From an uncultured bacterium (GTDB lineage Bacteria > CSSED10-310 > CAZUFC01), in assembly GCA_964619725.1 (NCBI GenBank), contig CAZUFC010000001.1:96001-160000 (forward strand): 64,000 nucleotides of DNA, given 5' to 3'. Below are positions 48,517-58,026 of this stretch, in pieces. The position numbers were made by a program, and so were the translations under genes. Within the stretch, counting starts at the first letter, position 1, and the number at the start of each line of letters is the position of its first letter. The notes beneath the pieces were generated by a model, which was given only the letters and a program-made list of their open reading frames with translations, was not told the origin of the DNA and did not search any database.

Positions 48517-49815
48517 ATGCCTCATTCTTTTACTATAGACGTTAACGAAGTATGCCGGGTTGAAGGGCACGGTAATATCCACGTTGCAGTGAAAAATAAT
48601 GCCATAGAATACGTCAGGATGGGTATTCATGAAGGTCCCCGATTATTCGAAGCAATGTTCGTCGGCCGCAAATTCCAGGAGGTCCCCAAAATAGTTTGCC
48701 GTATCTGCGCCATCTGCTCAGCTCATCACGATCTGACCTCCATCATGGCACTGGAAAACGCCCTCGGCGGCGTCCGAGTCTCCGAACAGACGAAACTTCT
48801 TCGAGAATTGCTTTTCCTGGGCGGACAGATCGAAAGCCATTATCTGCACATTTTTTTCCTGGCTCTGCCTGATTTCCTAGGATACGACGGTGCAGCCGCC
48901 ATGGCGGCTGATTATCCCGAAGAAGTCAAGCTGGCGCTCAAAATGAAAAAATTGGGCAATACGATCCAGGAATTGGTCGGGGGAAGGGCAATTCATCCCA
49001 TAACTACCGATATCGGCGGTTTCTCAGACGTTCCTTCCGAAAAGGCATTGATGGATTTAAAAACCCAACTGGAAGAAGCCCTGGAAGGCTCCGTCAAAAC
49101 AGCGGATATCCTGGCGGGAATAGATTATACGGATTATTACACTGACCAGGACTTCAAATACCTCGCCGTCAAACCGAACCACGATGATTTCGGATTCATG
49201 GGCGACAAAATCATGGATTCCAACGGCGGACTGAATCCTGTCGAAAAATACAAAGATTACATCAGGGAATACGTCGTGGACCATTCCACGGCCAAGCAAA
49301 GTCTATACAATGAAAAGTCTTTCATGGTGGGCGCTATCGCCAGGACCAACCTCCTGGGAGACAGACTGAAAAACAGGGCGGCTGAAGCATTAAAAAAACT
49401 CGGCCTCGACGAATACTCTGTCAATCCCATTCATAACACTCCCGCCCAGGCCGTCGAAGGTATCTACTGCATCGAACGATGCATCGAAATAATCGATGCC
49501 CTGCTGGAGAAAGGCGTCAAAAAGGAACCTCAAGCCGGCTATGAAGTAGTTCCGGGAACGGGAGCAGCCGCTACGGAAGTACCCCGTGGAACCCTTTATC
49601 ACAGCTATTCCATCAATGAAAAAGGAATCATTACTGCCGCAGATGTTATTACCCCAACGGCTCAAAACCTGGCTAACATCGAATTCCACATGAGACAAAC
49701 AGTCCGGGGTACAAAAGATAAATCTCAGCAGGACATCCGGATGGAATTGGAAAAACTCGTTCGGGCCTATGACCCATGCATTTCATGTTCCGCTCACGCC
49801 GTCTTCCTGGATTGA
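48517..49815 (+). CDS. hydA: Group 3b [NiFe] hydrogenase large (alpha) subunit
   Basis: RVEGHG, L1 RICAIC, EVPRG, L2 DPCISCSAH plus a short cleavable tail; beta-gamma-delta-alpha gene order. Confidence 0.92.
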   Translation: MPHSFTIDVNEVCRVEGHGNIHVAVKNNAIEYVRMGIHEGPRLFEAMFVGRKFQEVPKIVCRICAICSAHHDLTSIMALENALGGVRVSEQTKLLRELLFLGGQIESHYLHIFFLALPDFLGYDGAAAMAADYPEEVKLALKMKKLGNTIQELVGGRAIHPITTDIGGFSDVPSEKALMDLKTQLEEALEGSVKTADILAGIDYTDYYTDQDFKYLAVKPNHDDFGFMGDKIMDSNGGLNPVEKYKDYIREYVVDHSTAKQSLYNEKSFMVGAIARTNLLGDRLKNRAAEALKKLGLDEYSVNPIHNTPAQAVEGIYCIERCIEIIDALLEKGVKKEPQAGYEVVPGTGAAATEVPRGTLYHSYSINEKGIITAADVITPTAQNLANIEFHMRQTVRGTKDKSQQDIRMELEKLVRAYDPCISCSAHAVFLD

Positions 49816-50168
49816 TGGAACGCCCCTGGTTATTAACATAAATTCATATGCTCTGCTTCCCATCCAATAGCGCCTTCAATACTTCAGAAAAAATGACGGT
49901 GACTGAAACTACGAATCTCAGAACAGACGCTTCCCCCTTGGACTATCCCGCTGCGATCCCTCTTTTCACGCCCCTTGACAGGTCCAGCCATTTGAATTCA
50001 TGGTCTGCGTTATAGAATAAATTCTTGACTTTGATTGATCGTTTGTGCAGTAATATACTAGAGAAAGCTTCCGGTCGTGAGGAACGGACGGCTTGTAAAG
50101 CATTCGGAAATAAAACAGTCGAAGGGTTTGTCCCATTTGAAAATGAAATTTTTTATTCAGAGGAGGCT

Positions 50169-51797
50169 ATGATGCGTTTCAGCAGTAGAACTCTGTTTAT
50201 CGCGTTATTTTTTATTTTATATTGCGGCGCCGGGCTTTCGGGCGTTGAGGGTGCAGGCGGGTTTGAGCCCGTTGCAGCCGAATGGATCGATACGGCGGCC
50301 CATGGATGGATATTGAATTCGGAATATGTCGAGTGGGAGGATGCTGAAGCGGGGCGGCCGATTCCCCTGGAGAATCTGGACGGCGAGATTACGGCATATC
50401 TTTATCCTGTTCATAAAGGAGCGGAGGTTAAGGGTTATGTGACCATATCCGCTATAAAGGCTTACAGCCCTTTGTTTGAAAGGGCTGCCGGTTCTGACTT
50501 TGTCGATATGGTTCGTCGTTACGGCATCGATTATGATCACAGGCTGCTGTTTTTGGGAAATTTATATTATTTCGTTGAAATCGAAAGCGATAACCATAAT
50601 GAACCTGCTTACATTCATTTGCCTTCATTGGAAGTTTACGAAATAGAAAAAATAGAAAAAATTCAGGAACTTTTCTATGAACGCGAGGAAGACCTCCTGA
50701 GGACATCCCGGGACCATTGGACCGATATGGAAAGAGGCGAATTTTTTACAGGAACGATAGGATCGAATGAAGTTCCCAATGCGGAAGGGTTCGGATGGTA
50801 TCGCGGTTGCGGTCCGACCACCATAACCATGATGCTGCGTTGTTACGGCCGTAACGGGTATCCTGCCATGAACGAAAACATGCAGGAATTTTACTGGTGC
50901 GGTTTAAGAAAGCGGACGGCGCGTCTGTTGCACGACCGGGTAGCCAATTCATGCGGAATGCCTTATGACAGTTGCGATTATAACCAGTACGGAGTAACGG
51001 TTTTCCAGATGCGCAATTCTTTTACCGATACGGCGGCAACTTATGGCTACAACATGGGTGCGACAGTCGACGGGACTCCCAGCTACAACGAATTCAAGGC
51101 TGAAATCGACCAGGGCGATCCGGTGGGGCTGGCGATCTATAATGACAATGGTCCTATGGATTATGACGGGCATGCCATCATGGGATACGGATATATTTTC
51201 AACGCACAACATGTGGCTTTGGTTTTCGATACCTGGACCAGAAATCCCAGACAATACGCTCTCGAAAACCTGGCGGGATGGAACATGGTCAAGGCCGAAC
51301 CCGGTTCGCCGCCGCAGAATACTCCAACGCCGACACCCACTCAACCTCCGCCGCCCACTTTCACGCCGACTCAAGGCTCCACCGCTACTCCGACGCCCTC
51401 TCTGACTCCAACTCCGTCCCCTACTTTTAATCCGCAAAACCCTTTCGTCATCCTGCAGCTCAACGGAGTCTTTTTTACTGAGGGAGACATGTTCGACGTC
51501 TCACTTAACATCTGGAATCCGGAAGAATCCCAACTGACCTATATCATGATTGCTCTGGACCTCTCCGTGTTCGGACTTCCGGACCCCTACTATTTCTGGC
51601 CCCAATGGAACCAATCTCCGGCAATGGTTCCCAGAAGATTGCCGGCATCCAAAGTATATCAAGAAAAAATCCTGGGCTTCCAGTGGCCGGAAACTTCCGG
51701 TGAAGTATGGGGACTGAGATTCTGGACTGCAGTTTTCGATGCTTCAGGAGAAAACCTCTTCGCCAATTTATTCTTTATCGATTTTGGATATAAATAA
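50169..51797 (+). CDS. Exported papain-fold cysteine peptidase (C10/C39-like) with prodomain, PT linker and C-terminal beta domain
   Basis: AGGAGG RBS before ATG 50169, signal peptide, Spi-like prodomain (GYVTISA), catalytic GCGPTT and GHAIMGYGY. Confidence 0.75.
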   Translation: MMRFSSRTLFIALFFILYCGAGLSGVEGAGGFEPVAAEWIDTAAHGWILNSEYVEWEDAEAGRPIPLENLDGEITAYLYPVHKGAEVKGYVTISAIKAYSPLFERAAGSDFVDMVRRYGIDYDHRLLFLGNLYYFVEIESDNHNEPAYIHLPSLEVYEIEKIEKIQELFYEREEDLLRTSRDHWTDMERGEFFTGTIGSNEVPNAEGFGWYRGCGPTTITMMLRCYGRNGYPAMNENMQEFYWCGLRKRTARLLHDRVANSCGMPYDSCDYNQYGVTVFQMRNSFTDTAATYGYNMGATVDGTPSYNEFKAEIDQGDPVGLAIYNDNGPMDYDGHAIMGYGYIFNAQHVALVFDTWTRNPRQYALENLAGWNMVKAEPGSPPQNTPTPTPTQPPPPTFTPTQGSTATPTPSLTPTPSPTFNPQNPFVILQLNGVFFTEGDMFDVSLNIWNPEESQLTYIMIALDLSVFGLPDPYYFWPQWNQSPAMVPRRLPASKVYQEKILGFQWPETSGEVWGLRFWTAVFDASGENLFANLFFIDFGYK

Positions 51798-52030
51798 ACG
51801 CCCCTCGATAAACTCGTTCGGCGATAAAAATCAAAATATCTCAAGGTGTCGACAGAAAACTCCAACAGTCTGTTGAAATTACCCTTACAAACGGAAAAAT
51901 ATGAATAATAGTCCCCGGGGCGGTATCTGCTGCAGTCTGAAAAGCGCCCGCATTTATCCGTCCCTTTTTAGCTCTGGCGTGGCGCTAACGCTGCGTTTGA
52001 CTAATAAGAATTTGTTTAGTAGTATGATCC

Positions 52031-53476
52031 TTGCCTTCAATGGAGAGAGTGATGACTAATCAAGGTGAAAAAAAATGCCCTCTTTGCGGAAGACCCTTAG
52101 AAAAAGATAAAAAAATATGCGATTATTGTCTGGGGGTAGCTAAAGCGCCGAACGACGTGGCTCGTCTCAGGAAAGAATTACTCGTTGATTTTCCCCCTTT
52201 GAACGAAAGCGAAGAAACAACCGCGGCATCCAGCGCGGAAGATGAAAGCGGGGGAACTTCTGCTGGAGAAAAACGAAAAGAGAAACCTGAAAAATTCCGA
52301 CCGGCTTTCGGCGTCAGAAAATCGGAAACATCAGAAAAACAGGAATTCCTTGCCGAAGAACTGCATAAACAGGCTTTCGATTACCTGAACAGAGGAAAAT
52401 TCGCCAAGGCCATTGAATTGTGGGAACGAGCGCTTGAATATGATCCGGAATTCGATCAGGCAAGAGACTATATAACCAAAGCCAGACAACTGATAGATGA
52501 AGCACGTGAAACATATCGACAGAAAAAACCGGAAACCAGAAAGAAAAAGAAGATACGTTTTTCACGCGTTTTGCTGACCACATTAATTTTATGCGCTATG
52601 TTCGCTGCAGGATATTATTATTTCAGGGAAAAAATTAACAAGATACGCGAGGAGGCCGAAACGCTCGATATCAAGCCTAAAATGGAGAGGATCGAAGCGG
52701 TTGAGGTCCATGGAATGGTTCAGATTCCTGCCGGAAGCTTTCCCATGGGCAAACCGGAAGATGATCCGGGAGCAAGTAAAGACGAAAAACCAAAAAGGAG
52801 CGTTTACCTGAACGAATATTACATGGATAAATACGAAGTGACCAATTCCATGTACGCCCGGTTCATTAACGAGCGAGGTTTGGGAGAGCCGGGGAAGCAG
52901 CCCTGGATCGATATCAGAAATCCGGCATGCAAAATCAGGAAGTTCGGCAACCAATTCAAGGCGGTACCGGGATATGAAGATTATCCCGTCGTGGCGGTGA
53001 ATTGGTTCGGCGCCATGGCTTTCGCTCGTTGGGCCGGCAAAAGACTACCCACTGAAGCGGAATGGGAAAAAGCGGCAGGAGGAACCCTGGGTTTGAATTA
53101 TCCCTGGGGAAACGAATGGGAGCCCAACATGGCCAACCTGGAAGAACGAAATACGCAAAGTCCGATTTCTGAAACCGTGCCGTTAGAGGACATCAGTCCC
53201 TACGGACTTTATCATATGGCCGGCAATGTTATGGAATGGTGCGCCGATTGGTACCAGGATAACTATTATTCTCGAGGTTTCGGCAGGAACCCCCAAGGTC
53301 CGCCTCAGGGAAAATTTAAAACGAAAAGAGGCGGCAGCTTCAAAACCAGCTCATATCTCAGCCGTAACTCTCATCGCGGTTTTGCCTCTCCAAGAGAATA
53401 CGCTGAAGACCTGGGTTTCCGTTGCGCATCCTATCAAGCCCCTAAGCGGGATATCGTTGACTTGGAAACCCCCTGA
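52031..53476 (+). CDS. FGE-sulfatase (SUMF1/PvdO) domain protein with N-terminal zinc ribbon, TPR and TM helix
   Basis: CPLC/CDYC, TPR, TM, then F.MG, YEVTN, PVVAVNW, RLPTEAEWEKAA, MAGNVMEW, GFRC. Confidence 0.88.
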   Translation: MPSMERVMTNQGEKKCPLCGRPLEKDKKICDYCLGVAKAPNDVARLRKELLVDFPPLNESEETTAASSAEDESGGTSAGEKRKEKPEKFRPAFGVRKSETSEKQEFLAEELHKQAFDYLNRGKFAKAIELWERALEYDPEFDQARDYITKARQLIDEARETYRQKKPETRKKKKIRFSRVLLTTLILCAMFAAGYYYFREKINKIREEAETLDIKPKMERIEAVEVHGMVQIPAGSFPMGKPEDDPGASKDEKPKRSVYLNEYYMDKYEVTNSMYARFINERGLGEPGKQPWIDIRNPACKIRKFGNQFKAVPGYEDYPVVAVNWFGAMAFARWAGKRLPTEAEWEKAAGGTLGLNYPWGNEWEPNMANLEERNTQSPISETVPLEDISPYGLYHMAGNVMEWCADWYQDNYYSRGFGRNPQGPPQGKFKTKRGGSFKTSSYLSRNSHRGFASPREYAEDLGFRCASYQAPKRDIVDLETP

Positions 53477-53609
53477 ATTTAAAAGATTTTACAGTCATGC
53501 CGGGATCAATGCCGGCTTAAAAACGGTAACGGAAGCGAAAAATAATATTGATTCAGAGGTTTCACTGATCGCTTGCCGCAGGATCAGATCATTTTCATAG
53601 CAGTCGGAC

Positions 53610-54677
53610 ATGAACGAAAACAAACGTCATTTTCTTTTCCTGAGCGCGCTTTTGATTATTTTGATTATTTCAGCGGCCGTTCTTCATCGTTATTCGGATA
53701 TGAATCAAAGGGCGGCGCTTGAAAAGAAAGTTGATCCTGTAAAATTTTCCATCACCCGGAAAGAATTTTTGCGTAATTTTTATTCTTATAAAGAACATTT
53801 TTTCGAAATCGATCATGAAACGGCCCGTAAACGGTTGATGAAAAGACAGGCTGCAGATTCAGTATCCCGCCTGAAAATTGAGGAATTAAAAAAGTCCTTA
53901 CTGGCAAAAGCCTGGAAAAACATTCTATCAGGCAGTCTTAATGAGGCGGAGGATATTCTTGTACGTGTCAGGGAGTTGAATCCCGATCCGGAGGAATTGT
54001 CGAAACTGGAAAATGAGCTGGCGGAACGAAAGTCTGAACTGAAAACAGAAAACCTGAACAGGATGCGACGTGAGCGCAAAGCAGAGGAAATGCTGGAAAA
54101 AGTAAGATTACTCTATTTTGAGGGCCGTTACCAAGAGTCGTTAAGCTTGCTTGATAAGCTGGAAGAAATCGACGGCGGAAATCCTGATATAGAAACATTT
54201 AAAAATCGAAATAGGGCCGCCCTTAATGTAAAAAATGCAAAAGATGAGCGTGGCTTTATCGCTGAAAAACCATCTCCAGCCCCAACGAAAAGAGGCAATA
54301 TAAAACCTCCGAAACTTTCGCCTTCTCCATCGCCCGGATCGGCGCTTCCCTTGCCCAGTGTTGATGTAATTCTTCTCGGTAAGACTGATATACAGGAACG
54401 GACCCCTGTCGAGGTCCTGGTCAGGGTTTCTCCATCGGGCGACGAATATCAGGTGATACTTTATTATAAAAATAAATTCATGTCTGAATACAAATACGAA
54501 CGCTTGTCAGAGGAAAACGCAGGCGAATATTTCGGGAAGATACCGAAAAAGCATGTTAAATCTCCCGATATGGAATATTATGTAGTGGTCATCGACAGCA
54601 AGGGCAACAATTTGGCCGAGCCTGCCGTAAAAAAAGTCAAGGTTTCGAAAAGGCAATGGGTTGAACCGCCGCTGTAA
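53610..54677 (+). CDS. Membrane-anchored hypothetical protein with TPR-like helices and C-terminal beta domain
   Basis: N-terminal TM, helical repeats, Pro-rich linker, YFGKIP...EYYV..ID. Confidence 0.6.
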   Translation: MNENKRHFLFLSALLIILIISAAVLHRYSDMNQRAALEKKVDPVKFSITRKEFLRNFYSYKEHFFEIDHETARKRLMKRQAADSVSRLKIEELKKSLLAKAWKNILSGSLNEAEDILVRVRELNPDPEELSKLENELAERKSELKTENLNRMRRERKAEEMLEKVRLLYFEGRYQESLSLLDKLEEIDGGNPDIETFKNRNRAALNVKNAKDERGFIAEKPSPAPTKRGNIKPPKLSPSPSPGSALPLPSVDVILLGKTDIQERTPVEVLVRVSPSGDEYQVILYYKNKFMSEYKYERLSEENAGEYFGKIPKKHVKSPDMEYYVVVIDSKGNNLAEPAVKKVKVSKRQWVEPPL

Positions 54678-54766
54678 CAGGTATTATGATGATGGGAAGA
54701 ACGGATGTTCGCAAGCCGGTATGATTTTGACCGCATGCGACCGGGCTTGCATGAGGAGGTAGGGAA

Positions 54767-55978
54767 GTGCGTCGTTATGATATTCCTTTTGATCAATTTC
54801 AACGTTACGAAGATTTGAAGAAGCTCGTGAGCCAAATCAAACAGGTTTCCAGTTCTTCAAAGCTCAGAATTCTGGAAGTCGGCGGATATCTCGCTTCAGA
54901 TGCTCAAATCGGCTATTTGCCCGTTCGTGATTTTTTAACGTCTGATGAGGTTGTCGTTACGGATGTAAAAGATTGTAATGAAGAGAGATATATAGTCGCA
55001 TCGGGATATGAATTGCCTTTCTCTGACGGATCGTTTGACCTGGTATGCGCAATGGATGTGATGGAACATATTAATCCGCAAAACAGGATAAAATTTTTAG
55101 AAGAATTGAATCGAACTTCGTCTGAATATGTTGTGATCGCAGGTCCGTATGCCGACAAGAGGGTAGAATGGGCAGAAAGTTATCTGCATGATTTCGTTTC
55201 CGACGTTCTCCAAACAGGCGTTCCAACTCTCGAAGAACACCTGGAAAACGGATTGCCTTCACTGGCGGAGACGGAACAATTCTTCCGCAGCAAAAATCAG
55301 GCGTGCTTGAGTATTCCGGGCAGTTCGCTGAAAAACTGGATTCAACTGATGATTATCAAACATTTCCTTTATACGGTTCCAGAGAATGACGCTATACAAA
55401 AACTCACCGACAGATACTATAACCTTTTCATTTATCCTTCAGATCGAAGCGAATCCTGCTATCGTCATATGTTGGTGAGCGCCAGGAATCATTCCGGCAC
55501 GTTGCTTGAGGGGATGAGCGAAAGCTTCAGACTTCAGGAACAGGCAGACAAAGCTGACAGGAAGCTGGATGATTTTTTGAAATTGATAAATCTGGTGGCC
55601 GTTCATCTGTCGGGATTGCGCCCGAATCAACGTATCATAGAATTGGAGAGAATAGTCTCCGGTCAGCACAAAGTTATTCAGGACCAGAATCAATATTTGG
55701 AAGAATCGCACGGCATCGTAAAACGACAGCAAAAAATAATGGAAGAACGGGATGTTCTAGTCAGAGAGTTCAAATCCGCAGCGGAAGAACGATTGAAAAT
55801 AATAGACCATCAAAAACAGGAACAACGGAACCTGATGCGCCGATTAGAGGATATGCAAGAGGCATTGGATTTAAAGGAAAAACATATCCGGAACCTGGAA
55901 GACTTCCGCAACAAAATACAATCCAATTTTATATACCGAACGGCAAAAAAATCCAGACGACTATTCGGTAAAAATTGA
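54767..55978 (+). CDS. Class I SAM-dependent methyltransferase with C-terminal coiled coil
   Basis: ILEVGG, LPFSDGSFDLV..MDVMEH, long heptad-rich C-terminus. Confidence 0.8.
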   Translation: MRRYDIPFDQFQRYEDLKKLVSQIKQVSSSSKLRILEVGGYLASDAQIGYLPVRDFLTSDEVVVTDVKDCNEERYIVASGYELPFSDGSFDLVCAMDVMEHINPQNRIKFLEELNRTSSEYVVIAGPYADKRVEWAESYLHDFVSDVLQTGVPTLEEHLENGLPSLAETEQFFRSKNQACLSIPGSSLKNWIQLMIIKHFLYTVPENDAIQKLTDRYYNLFIYPSDRSESCYRHMLVSARNHSGTLLEGMSESFRLQEQADKADRKLDDFLKLINLVAVHLSGLRPNQRIIELERIVSGQHKVIQDQNQYLEESHGIVKRQQKIMEERDVLVREFKSAAEERLKIIDHQKQEQRNLMRRLEDMQEALDLKEKHIRNLEDFRNKIQSNFIYRTAKKSRRLFGKN

Positions 55979-56361
55979 ACCATCATTTTTTCGAACGAGG
56001 CATAACCTGCGGCACTGGCGGCGCATCATACCTTCAGGCGCTTTAACCTGTATGAACCTTGTTCCCTTATCAGCCTTAATTCGATTTAACCTTTAAAAAT
56101 ATTAATTTATCTGACACATCCAGCGGGGCGGCACATGTTGTCTTTTCGGAGAACAACTTCAGAACTCTTGACATACCCTAGTCAAACAATTGATTTTAAA
56201 GGCTTTACAAGCTCACCAATTCGGCAAAATTATTGTGAAATATTTTTGAATTTCACGACAAACAATATTGATATTCTTTGAACCGTGATCCGTTTTCATC
56301 AAAAAATTCACAATTCTTTTCAGGCACATTGTCAGGAGCTCAGAACTTTTGAAAAATGGCT

Positions 56362-58026
56362 CTATTCGCCTGATGAATTGTCAGACCGGCGATCATGATG
56401 CCGGATAAAATAAAATTCGTTGTACGGTCGCACAAAAATTTTATTTTCAATGTATCGGGCTGCAAATCGTGAGGCTTCGCGCTGCCCCACGAATACAGCC
56501 AGCCATTTGGGCGGTTCAACCAGCACATCCACGTTCTGTCGAACGTAATCCAAGTATCGGTCGGTCTTGTAAGCCTGGAAAGCTTTATTATTGACCAGGC
56601 AGTCCAGATTTATCGCATAACTGCCGGGAGCGGTAAAATATAGAAGATATCCGAACAAGCCGGCGTTGAATGATCCGAAGCGGGTTCCCTGCGGAATATG
56701 CTTTTGAATATTCTGGAAAAGAGGCGGTACATATTCATCCGGTTTTCGCAGTTCCCACGAGATGCCTGACAGCGAAATAACAGTCAGGCTGATTTGAAAA
56801 GCTAAGGCGAACATGAGAAAACCTGCGGTGATTTTTCTGAATCTGCGACAGAGTAAATTTGCGGCATCACCGATAAGAAGCGAGAATGCAACCGTAGGCA
56901 GCAAGAAATACCAGATATTGTAGGCAGTAAAGTATGCCGCATAGACAAGGAAATGCAGAATGCACGTTATGTAAATAAAAAGCAGGCTTTTTGAAACTGA
57001 GATTTTTCTGTTTATTATAACGACGGCTGCGGAAATCAGGACGATCACAAATTGAATTCCGCAGAATAGATCGGACCAGCGCCTTTCTTTCAATAACTCC
57101 TTCGTGATATTGAAATAGACTCGTCTTAAAATGGTCTGCACATTTATGAGAATATTTTTCCCTGCAGTGAAATAATATGTCCCGTCCTTCATATTCTCCG
57201 GAAAAACTTCAGGCAGATCGCCAAAAAGAACGAATTCTTTCCTGGCAAGTCCGCTCACCTGTGAAAAGGACCCGAAAAAAACTTTGCTGCGAATGAACCA
57301 GGGAGAAATGCACGCGACGCATACTATGACCGTGAACAAGACGAAGCCGGCGGCCCTGAAAAGTTTGCGGTTTCTTCTGTTCAAATGCAGGAATAAAAAT
57401 GAGATCAGAACTCCTGCGAAAATCAGATTCTCGGTTCTGGCCAGAACGCATAAACCCAGCATTAAACCCAGCATCAGGAAATGAATGAAACGGAAACTTT
57501 TTCTACCTGATTGTCTGATAAAAAGGTAACTCGCGGCAAGAAATAAAAACATACTTAAAGGCGTTTCCAGGCCCTTGAACGAAATATTGACGGTAAAGGG
57601 ACTGGTTAAATACAACAGGGCGCCGATCATTCCTGCTCGTGATCTTCTGAGCGTTTTCAACATCGCATAAATAAGGTATGCGGATGCGCACTGGAAAAGG
57701 ACCAGAAAGTTCAGAGCGACTCTGACCGGAATCCAGGGGGCTTCGGGGAATACATAATACAAGGGTAGCAGCAAGACGGCCCAGAGGGGATGGAATCCGT
57801 CAGTAGGAGCCATGCGATCGAAAGAAAAGCAATAGCCTTTTGTATAATTTCGGCTGACCGTAAAATAATAGAAAGCATCATCGCTGATGTTGGGAGGAGC
57901 TGTCCCGCCGATCCAGATGATCGCCGTGCAAACGATAAAAAAGAGGACCAGAGTTATCCAAAAGACGAATTTCAATATGGTCGGATTATCGGATTCAGTC
58001 GTTTTAATGGAGTTCATCCTGTTCAT
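56362..58026 (-). CDS. Multi-TM GT-C fold glycosyltransferase-like membrane protein
   Basis: DDAFYY after TM1, GFHPLW, GLETPL, LARTE; many TM helices. Confidence 0.7.
   Translation of the reverse strand: MNRMNSIKTTESDNPTILKFVFWITLVLFFIVCTAIIWIGGTAPPNISDDAFYYFTVSRNYTKGYCFSFDRMAPTDGFHPLWAVLLLPLYYVFPEAPWIPVRVALNFLVLFQCASAYLIYAMLKTLRRSRAGMIGALLYLTSPFTVNISFKGLETPLSMFLFLAASYLFIRQSGRKSFRFIHFLMLGLMLGLCVLARTENLIFAGVLISFLFLHLNRRNRKLFRAAGFVLFTVIVCVACISPWFIRSKVFFGSFSQVSGLARKEFVLFGDLPEVFPENMKDGTYYFTAGKNILINVQTILRRVYFNITKELLKERRWSDLFCGIQFVIVLISAAVVIINRKISVSKSLLFIYITCILHFLVYAAYFTAYNIWYFLLPTVAFSLLIGDAANLLCRRFRKITAGFLMFALAFQISLTVISLSGISWELRKPDEYVPPLFQNIQKHIPQGTRFGSFNAGLFGYLLYFTAPGSYAINLDCLVNNKAFQAYKTDRYLDYVRQNVDVLVEPPKWLAVFVGQREASRFAARYIENKIFVRPYNEFYFIRHHDRRSDNSSGE

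Noticed and set aside
56000-56070. Cobalamin riboswitch on the minus strand (AAGGGAA...GCCGCCAGTG)
   Set aside because: Only fragmentary similarity, no complete B12 box, and no gene downstream in that orientation.
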